Shown: positions 57,443 to 64,000 of the stretch, one piece after another
Layout of the letters: each line of letters starts with the position of its first letter
Numbering within the stretch: position 1 is the stretch's first letter
IMG/VR virus record: IMGVR_UViG_3300046009_002028
Span: 273 to 64,272 of that record
DNA from: a virus
Lineage: Duplodnaviria; Caudoviricetes
Direction: 5' to 3' (one strand)
DNA: 64,000 bases
Program-made: the position numbers and the translations under genes
The notes under the pieces: model-generated
Databases searched by the model: none
What the model was told of the DNA's origin: nothing
What the model saw: the letters and a program-made list of their open reading frames with translations, nothing else

Positions 57443-59005
57443 TTAAATCTGTAATATTTCTTTATACATACTAATCAAACTAATGTGACTGTCGACACGA
57501 GTTTCAAGCATATCATAAATATGTTTCTCTACGGGACTGCCTTGAATCATAAACACAGTTACCTTTGTATCCTGTCCTTTTCGATGCGCCCGAGCATTTG
57601 CTTGTAAGTAAGTATCCACACTAGATGTCGGCCCAAACCATATAACCGAGCTTGCGGCAGTTAGTGTAATTCCGTGCGAAGCTGCTTGTGGCTGGATGAC
57701 AATTACTTTTACATCGGGGTCATTTTGAAACGCTTGAATAATATCGCCTCGTTTTGCGGGGGATACGTCACCGTGGATATACAAAGTTCCCACATTCCGT
57801 GCAGATAAATGGTCTTTAATCAGTTCAATCGTATGTCGAAACGGAGCAAATATGATAGTCTTTTTATCGGATTCGTCAATGATTTCATCCATAACAGTTA
57901 GCCTATTTGATGCATCGAACCGAACTACTTCTCCAGTATCCGAGTACACCGCGCCACATGATATCTGTAACAACTTATTCATATTAGCCGCCGCATTGAC
58001 TGCACTGATTTCCTCACCGGCCGCTTGTAACATCATGGATGCCTTCATTGTTTTGTAATACTTCTCTTGCTGTGCAGTAAGTTCTACATCACGGCGGGTA
58101 TACATAATGTCGGGAAGGTCTAGGCATTGTTCTTTAGTAAATCGAATCGCAGGCTGTAGCGCATTGAACACCATATCTTTAGCTCTTGGGCGTGGCACCC
58201 ACTTGAACATGGTTATCTTTTGCATCACTAAATCCCGCCATTGTGTATAGTACTTTGGCACACGGTCGGGGCTGACTAACTTAGCCAACCCATATGCGTC
58301 CTCGGGGGATTGTGCCGCAGGGGTACCCGTCATCATCCATAACTTACATTGCAGTGCCTCAAGGATTTTGCTAAACGCTTTCCACCTACGGGTAGTAACG
58401 GTCTTAAGGTTGTTTGCCTCATCGACAATAATAAGGTCAAACTTAGCCTCGATGATTTCATCCATGACAATCTCAACGCCGTCATAGTTAATGATAACGA
58501 ACTCTGCCTCGGACTTAATTACTTTGCGTCGTTGTTCTTTTGTACCATGCGCAATCCCAATCGTACGGTGCATGACTGACCGAAACAAATCTTCTTTCCA
58601 AGCCGCATGCATAATGGATATAGGGCAGACTATCAGCACTCGTTTAACTTCACCAAGGTTCATGAGATAGTCAGCCGCCCATGCCGCCGCACAAGTTTTT
58701 CCAGTACCCATCTCGGATAGTAGGAAGCACCTGTCATGGGTGGTGAGAAATTCGCTGGTGGTAACTTGATGGGACATGGGCGTGTATATCCCAGTCCATT
58801 TGTATTTGCGTAGTGGTGCAGGGGGGACAGTTTTAAACCCCATTGTGTATAAGGCTCGCACTTCGTCACGTCCCCAGTGCACTACAACTTCTGCAATATC
58901 ACTGCCTGCGATGTTACCAATAAGTTTGCTTTTGGTAATACTCGATAAAATTTTGTCAGTTAATCTAGTACGCAGTTTAAGCGCACGATTTTCTACTACT
59001 TCCAA
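57443..59005 (-). CDS. SNF2-family (SF2) helicase
   Basis: EMGTGKT, VCP, INYD, IVDEA, MTGTP, HGITL, QANARAHRKGQ. Confidence 0.93.
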   Translation of the reverse strand: MEVVENRALKLRTRLTDKILSSITKSKLIGNIAGSDIAEVVVHWGRDEVRALYTMGFKTVPPAPLRKYKWTGIYTPMSHQVTTSEFLTTHDRCFLLSEMGTGKTCAAAWAADYLMNLGEVKRVLIVCPISIMHAAWKEDLFRSVMHRTIGIAHGTKEQRRKVIKSEAEFVIINYDGVEIVMDEIIEAKFDLIIVDEANNLKTVTTRRWKAFSKILEALQCKLWMMTGTPAAQSPEDAYGLAKLVSPDRVPKYYTQWRDLVMQKITMFKWVPRPRAKDMVFNALQPAIRFTKEQCLDLPDIMYTRRDVELTAQQEKYYKTMKASMMLQAAGEEISAVNAAANMNKLLQISCGAVYSDTGEVVRFDASNRLTVMDEIIDESDKKTIIFAPFRHTIELIKDHLSARNVGTLYIHGDVSPAKRGDIIQAFQNDPDVKVIVIQPQAASHGITLTAASSVIWFGPTSSVDTYLQANARAHRKGQDTKVTVFMIQGSPVEKHIYDMLETRVDSHISLISMYKEILQI

Positions 59006-59027
59006 ATTGCATTCTCCTAGCTAACTT

Positions 59028-59297
59028 TTATTTTTTCTTTTTGCCAGTGCCGTGGTAATTATCTGATTGATTTGCACTTGGGTTACGTAATCGTAAGTTA
59101 CCTGCTGATGTCTTGCCACCTGCTCGAATCGGTTTGATGTGGTCAATATCTTTACCTGCCCTATCAATACCTTTTTTGTCGTACTCGCGTCGTGCTTGTT
59201 GTCGTTCTAATTGGTCTTTTGTTTCCCCACGCGCCTTTTGTTTTTGGTACTGTAGTTTCCAATACTCGGGTGGGTGTGGTCCTTTGGCTCTTGGCAT
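59028..59297 (-). CDS. small HNH-motif protein (start reassigned to MPRAK)
   Basis: GKDIDHIKP...GG....NLR.....N. Confidence 0.75.
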   Translation of the reverse strand: MPRAKGPHPPEYWKLQYQKQKARGETKDQLERQQARREYDKKGIDRAGKDIDHIKPIRAGGKTSAGNLRLRNPSANQSDNYHGTGKKKK

Positions 59298-59299
59298 TA

Positions 59300-59953
59300 C
59301 TATCTCCTTTTTGGTTTCCAATGTTCACATGCAGTATGTGGGCACCATCCACATAGCCCCGAAGGACTAGGGTTCCATACGCCTAATTCCGCACAAGACA
59401 TTATATTAACACGCTTATCCAGCCAATACTTGAACAAATAGTCAAAATCTTTGCGGTGGTATTCGCGCTTTACCATTATGTCGTGAAGCAGAAATAGTAA
59501 CGCCCCCTTTACACTTGTAACCTCGGGGAACTTAGTAAACACCATGAGTGCCATCAGCTCTAACTGCTTAGGGTCGGGGTACTTGGCACTGCCTGTTTTA
59601 TAGTCAATTACTCGCGCCTTGTCACCATCAACAATGATTAAGTCGGCAATCCCACGGAACCCTTCGAACTCGTCGTTAAAGTCTTTTACCTCACCGCCCG
59701 TGCTTAAGCCCATTTCAATTTCGGTATACTTATCACCTTTATAGGACTTTAACTTATCCAGTATGGGTTTAAAGCGCATGTGGCCGCCTAACGGAATGTC
59801 GTCCTTGATGTAGTCCTCGCATGCTTTATGGACTGTCTTGCCGTACATAGTCGCCGTGGTTTCTTCAAACGGGTATGCATTAAGTATCTTTACTTGATAG
59901 TATCTACGAGCACACCCATCAAAATCTTTCATAGCACTGTACGACAATCTCAT
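59300..59953 (-). CDS. PD-(D/E)XK (RecB/Cas4-like) exonuclease
   Basis: LSYS, C, G...H...E, GIADL, IDYKTG, QL..A, C.WC...C. Confidence 0.9.
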   Translation of the reverse strand: MRLSYSAMKDFDGCARRYYQVKILNAYPFEETTATMYGKTVHKACEDYIKDDIPLGGHMRFKPILDKLKSYKGDKYTEIEMGLSTGGEVKDFNDEFEGFRGIADLIIVDGDKARVIDYKTGSAKYPDPKQLELMALMVFTKFPEVTSVKGALLFLLHDIMVKREYHRKDFDYLFKYWLDKRVNIMSCAELGVWNPSPSGLCGWCPHTACEHWKPKRR

Positions 59954-59956
59954 TTC

Positions 59957-60388
59957 TTACCCCCCAAAGTTCTTGCGCATGTTAGCTTTTAATATAATTT
60001 CAGCAAACTCATCCATGCTCAATATTTTAGGCACTGTCCGAGATACATTTATTTTTTCTTTCTTGGGTGGGCGCGATTCGTCGGGGTCGTTTAACCAATT
60101 CTCATCGTACATTACCGCCATCCACTTATCATGAACTTCTTGGCTTACAGGTTGTTCCCCAGTGCTTCGAGTTATCCCTAATGAAACATTATAAAAGTCA
60201 CCGTGCCCTTGGTCTATCTCATGCTTAAGCATATCAACTACACTAGATATACCCTCAAGGTCATACCCATCATCCTCAAAGCATGCGCCGTCTAGTTGCG
60301 AATACGTTACGATGGGTATTCTTTTACCCGCGTTTGATTTACGGTATATCTTAAACCCTTGTTCAGCGTATTTACTTGGCGTCGCCAT
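59957..60388 (-). CDS. hypothetical protein between polymerase and exonuclease
   Basis: ORF overlapping the polymerase stop. Confidence 0.55.
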   Translation of the reverse strand: MATPSKYAEQGFKIYRKSNAGKRIPIVTYSQLDGACFEDDGYDLEGISSVVDMLKHEIDQGHGDFYNVSLGITRSTGEQPVSQEVHDKWMAVMYDENWLNDPDESRPPKKEKINVSRTVPKILSMDEFAEIILKANMRKNFGG

Positions 60389-62267
60389 AACTATCACCTA
60401 TCCCACCTTCTGCATCTAACGGTAAATCGGGTGCCCATGCAGGTGGTGTTCGCATAATCTCAATCACATCAACTAACGCTTGCTCGGCATGTTCCTCGGG
60501 GACTAATAACAACAACTCATCGTGCACAGTCCCAACGACATGATACTTCTTACTCGCAGTCAGTATATTTTCTGCCATGATATCACGCGCTAATGATTGT
60601 GTCACACGCTGAAAAACTTTACTGCCATATACTTTATCTCGCCCATGCCGTTGCGCATAAGTTATCTCGGGTTTCTTGGTATCTTTATTGACAGTGCGTT
60701 TTAACTCGGGATATGTAAGCACTAAGCCGTTAGGTTTAACTAGCCCCATGCCACCGTTAGCCAACTCAATCGTACTGATAATGCCGTTGCGACAAAAGGT
60801 TTTGGATTGCTTTTTCATTAACGCGTCCAAGACACTGGTTCCATCGTTCCAAGTATTTACTACGGATGAGTAGCCTGTTCGGTATAGGGTAGTTAATGAC
60901 AGCGCTTCGGAATCGCTTACTGTTTGTGCGCCCTTACTTTGAATTCGGATTGTCCCTTGCAACTTAACAGCACCTGTGCCATAGATAAGTGATAGTGATG
61001 CGCACTTACCCACAAATCGTTTTGGGTCTTTCTTGCTAATGGATTCATACGGGATTTGGTACGCTTGTGATGCAAAGTCGCGGTACAAGTCAATGCCCTC
61101 ACGAATTAAGTCTAGCTTGTCATCTTGCCCCGCAAGCCACAGCCCTAGGCGTAGCTCAATGTTACTTAAGTCGGCAACAACCAGCTTATAGCCTTTGGGG
61201 GCGTGTAACGCGTAACGAAGTGCATCTGAAGGCTTGGGTCTGTCAAGGTCAATCCTTGATAAGTTCTGCGGGTTAACGTCGAACCCCGACCACCGATGGG
61301 TAACACAAGCCCCACTATACTTGAGCGGGAATGGAAAGGTCCCTCTTTCAGCAATACCCAAGAACGCCTCCGACCGAGTGATAGCGATAGTAGACTTGAA
61401 CCCCATACGAGCTGCGAAAAGAGCCTGTATAATTGGGTTCGGGTGGTCCTCAAGCATTGTAAATTCCTCGTCCGTTTTTGCGAAAGCATATGTTTCTTTG
61501 CCCGTGGTTGGGCTAATTTTCCGTGGTGGCTCAACTCCGTTCTCCCTTAATAGTTTAGCAAACTGGTCATTACTCATAAGTTGTTTCTGTAAAGTATCCT
61601 CGGACTTAACCCCAAGCTCATTCATTAGTTTAAGCATGAGGCTACGTCGCTCTACCCCTATCTCATACAGGGCTTTCTCTAACATCTTCTTGTCTAACTT
61701 GAGTTTAGGTTCTGTAAACATGCGGACAGTAAGGTCAATCAGTCTAAGTTCTGATTTTGGGAATTGTGGCATCATGTGAGTGAGCAGTGTGTATGTAAGC
61801 TCGACGTCGTTAATACAATACTCGCCATACCTAGCAAGTTCCTCACGGTCAAAATCTAGCCTGCGTTTGCCTAGCGCGTTAAGGACTTCTGTGCCTTTCT
61901 CGCCGATACCATATAGCTTAGCTAGGTTTTTGAGTGATACTGATTCATTGATGCCATGTAGCACGTTAGCCATAGACAGCGTATCAAGTATCTTTGCGGG
62001 TCGTATGCCGTATATCCAGTTGAGGATAGCCATATCGAAGTGCGCGTTCTGTGCGCATACTGCATGTTTATGCAGGTCATATTCCTCGAGATAGCTTTTA
62101 AGCTCTTTATAAGTACCCGAGTACCACACAGCAGGATTATCGTTTACCTTTACGGCTACCCCAATCGTTTCAAACTGGGGGCTGCGGATATATGCTTCGG
62201 TTGTTATTTTAGATAGACTGAATGCCCTATCGTAGTAGGTTTCAAAGTCTAGTGTGATGATGTCCAT
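60372..62267 (-). CDS. polA: family A DNA polymerase with 3'-5' exonuclease domain
   Basis: LDFET, NAHFD, Y..ND; motif A ADLSNIELR, motif B R...K...L...YG, motif C VHDE. Confidence 0.93.
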   Translation of the reverse strand: MDIITLDFETYYDRAFSLSKITTEAYIRSPQFETIGVAVKVNDNPAVWYSGTYKELKSYLEEYDLHKHAVCAQNAHFDMAILNWIYGIRPAKILDTLSMANVLHGINESVSLKNLAKLYGIGEKGTEVLNALGKRRLDFDREELARYGEYCINDVELTYTLLTHMMPQFPKSELRLIDLTVRMFTEPKLKLDKKMLEKALYEIGVERRSLMLKLMNELGVKSEDTLQKQLMSNDQFAKLLRENGVEPPRKISPTTGKETYAFAKTDEEFTMLEDHPNPIIQALFAARMGFKSTIAITRSEAFLGIAERGTFPFPLKYSGACVTHRWSGFDVNPQNLSRIDLDRPKPSDALRYALHAPKGYKLVVADLSNIELRLGLWLAGQDDKLDLIREGIDLYRDFASQAYQIPYESISKKDPKRFVGKCASLSLIYGTGAVKLQGTIRIQSKGAQTVSDSEALSLTTLYRTGYSSVVNTWNDGTSVLDALMKKQSKTFCRNGIISTIELANGGMGLVKPNGLVLTYPELKRTVNKDTKKPEITYAQRHGRDKVYGSKVFQRVTQSLARDIMAENILTASKKYHVVGTVHDELLLLVPEEHAEQALVDVIEIMRTPPAWAPDLPLDAEGGIGDSYGDAK

Positions 62268-62572
62268 TACGCATTATCTCCTGTCAAATGGGTAATCAGA
62301 AATCTAAGGTCATCAAGGTTGCTTTCGTTCACCACCATCGCATGCCCACCTGCTTGTTGTATCCGTAGAATCTCACGGTCTTGTAGTGGGGTAGGTCTAT
62401 TTGTCCCTGCCTTTGCCTCGATTGCTATAAAGCGTCCCTTGAAACAAGCGATGATATCGGGGATACCTGCCCTACCCATTCCCGACATGTAAGGCGAGAA
62501 GTGATACACCCCTGCCTCATTCAGTATTGTTGTGATTTGTTTCTTGACTTTCTTCTCGGGTGTCATCGCCAT
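62267..62572 (-). CDS. VRR-NUC nuclease (probable Holliday junction resolvase)
   Basis: TPE.KV, GIPDII, F.AIEAK, T.LQ, GG; start placed by the GGAGA RBS. Confidence 0.88.
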   Translation of the reverse strand: MAMTPEKKVKKQITTILNEAGVYHFSPYMSGMGRAGIPDIIACFKGRFIAIEAKAGTNRPTPLQDREILRIQQAGGHAMVVNESNLDDLRFLITHLTGDNA

Positions 62573-63011
62573 ACTCATTTCTCCATATATCATTTATAGT
62601 TAGGGGGGTTTCACCACGCATCACGGTTTGAATCTGTCCTTGATACATCGCTTCCACTAACGCTTGTTTTGCTAACCGACGGTTGAGCGCATTGGTAGTG
62701 CGGATGTCAACTGGGTTGCTATTGTTTGCTTTGTTCTGTAACTGCTTAATCTTATCTCGGTTAATCAGAGTAAACCTTTTGTATTCACTGCGCAAGTTTT
62801 TTAGTTTAATTTCTAGCCTGCGAGCCTGCCGCGCTTTGATGGCTTCGGATGCCCCTTGCTTTAGGACTTGCAGTTCGCGGTATTTATGCATGGCTTTAGC
62901 TCTAGACTTACGTTTCCTACATATGATGCATCGGGTACTCCATCCTGTTATGTTGTTGGCATGAAACTCGGAGTCTTCCTTTGCCTCATTACATACTTTA
63001 CATGTTCGCAT
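62517..63011 (-). CDS. Zn-finger basic protein (start reassigned to MRTC)
   Basis: C..C...K...EF......C..C followed by a basic helix. Confidence 0.65.
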   Translation of the reverse strand: MRTCKVCNEAKEDSEFHANNITGWSTRCIICRKRKSRAKAMHKYRELQVLKQGASEAIKARQARRLEIKLKNLRSEYKRFTLINRDKIKQLQNKANNSNPVDIRTTNALNRRLAKQALVEAMYQGQIQTVMRGETPLTINDIWRNEYGDDTREESQETNHNNTE

Positions 63012-63198
63012 TTTTTCTCCTTGTCCAATCCTCTTGACAATCTTGACTGCACCACCGCACATGTTTTGGTAATGCCTCGGAACAATTTAAGCAAAAACCA
63101 ATAGCCTGCACTTCAGCTACAGGACTAGGTTTGTATCGTTTACGGATTTCTTCTTCACGTTCCATTTGCGACTGTGCTAAGTCTGCGTCATCACTCAT
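62998..63198 (-). CDS. TraR/DksA-like zinc-finger protein
   Basis: N-terminal MSDDADLAQ (D-x-x-D-x-A) helix plus C..C...C...CQ. Confidence 0.7.
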   Translation of the reverse strand: MSDDADLAQSQMEREEEIRKRYKPSPVAEVQAIGFCLNCSEALPKHVRWCSQDCQEDWTRRKNANM

Positions 63199-63437
63199 TA
63201 CTTTTCTTCCTCATATCCTATGTTACCGTTCTGACCTATAATATCGGCTCTACCCTCGTCCCAGTTAAGGGGGCAACTCGTCCACGCACACTCTTTAGTG
63301 CCTGCCAAACTCTTACCGCACACATCACACAGTGGGTCTTTGTCTTTCCTAAAGATGTTATCGAAGTTGTCCTCGAACTGTTTGTTGTTTACTCGACTCT
63401 TAATTAAGTCGCCTGTTACATCATTTCGTGATGCCAT
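63198..63437 (-). CDS. hypothetical protein
   Basis: SRNDVTGD.I.S N-terminus, Cys cluster, R.DIIGQNGN.G tail. Confidence 0.7.
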   Translation of the reverse strand: MASRNDVTGDLIKSRVNNKQFEDNFDNIFRKDKDPLCDVCGKSLAGTKECAWTSCPLNWDEGRADIIGQNGNIGYEEEK

Positions 63438-63594
63438 TTTCTTTCTCCTTCTTAGCGGCTTCGATACCCTTTAGTATTAGATACTCGAAGCCTTGTTGCA
63501 TTAGATACATTTTACCTTCCTCGTCCACATCCAGTTCAGCTATTGCACTGCCGTCGGGCTGGTCAATCAAGTCACCAATCAATTCTATTTTCAT
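63421..63594 (-). CDS. 57-aa hypothetical protein (MKIELIGDLIDQPDGSA...), not in ORF track
   Basis: Manual translation; AGGA RBS; overlaps the next gene's start. Confidence 0.6.
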   Translation of the reverse strand: MKIELIGDLIDQPDGSAIAELDVDEEGKMYLMQQGFEYLILKGIEAAKKEKENGITK

Positions 63595-64000
63595 ATCTGT
63601 ATCCTATGGTTTACATTTTTGTCTGTTTGTACACTATGTGAGCGCTTTTAGTTCAAAACTAAACTAATAGTGTAGACTTGTGTGTAATTTTAAACCGTTT
63701 ATTCAACACAAACTTTTTTGTCCCGCAAGAATTAAACTCAAAAAAGTGATATATGCGACTTTATTGAACCACTTTGCAATATAGTAGCGACTAAACTGAA
63801 GTCCCAAGATAAGTAGCCTTAACTCCATTGCTAAACTGCACCTCAACTGCGCACTCTTGCCCTTTGTTTCCACTTAAAAGGTTATAAAACCCGAAACACA
63901 TGGAAACAATAGCTATAAGTAGCAACGTTACTACAATTACCACTGCTCTATCTGATTTACTACCGCCACAGTCACACTTACGGCCTTGCTCACAGTTTTG

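Larger units (their letters stand above)
1..64000. mobile_element. Tailed dsDNA bacteriophage genome (podovirus-type), near-complete, probably circularly permuted
   Basis: TerS/TerL, portal, capsid, adaptor, nozzle, fibre, lysis and ejection genes on +; polymerase, helicase and primase genes on -. No tape measure or sheath gene and no host housekeeping genes recognised. Confidence 0.97.

Noticed and set aside
59300-59953. Cas4 or CRISPR-associated function
   Set aside because: Ordinary phage PD-(D/E)XK exonuclease in a replication module, with no array or other cas genes.
1-64000. Alternative genetic code or introns/inteins in core genes
   Set aside because: Standard-code ORFs tile the genome densely, and TerL, PolA, helicase and primase appear uninterrupted and of normal length.

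Overview
The window is almost entirely one tailed dsDNA bacteriophage genome with podovirus-type architecture, apparently near-complete and circularly permuted. The minus strand carries early genes (11746 down to 1) and, probably continuing across the window ends, replication genes (about 63600 down to 52232: TraR/DksA-like protein, VRR-NUC, family A DNA polymerase, PD-(D/E)XK exonuclease, SNF2 helicase, SSB-like protein, primase-helicase). The plus strand carries the morphogenesis block (12126-52138: terminase, portal, GroES, scaffold, capsid, adaptors, fibres, lysis genes, nozzle, ejection proteins and a 2463-aa polyvalent protein). No RNA polymerase, integrase or tRNA was recognised, and several sigma70-type promoters are visible. 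The main finding is absent from the ORF track: a self-contained cassette right after the capsid terminator encodes a 23-aa PqqA (PQQ cofactor precursor, MWTSPAATEMRFGFEVTMYVMNK, 20841-20912). It is followed by a compact, pseudoknot-capable RNA and then a new promoter with a second structured leader, which suggests a methylotroph (Methylophilaceae-like) host. Other notable items: a 16-bp palindrome repeated six times at early gene boundaries, an iteron/IHF origin-like region, a boxA-like early leader, a recurring hydrophobic-x-x-GG motif in virion proteins, a nested Rz1 spanin, duplicated fibres with different tips, and apparent GATC avoidance. All family assignments come from motif recognition by eye; no database search was run.
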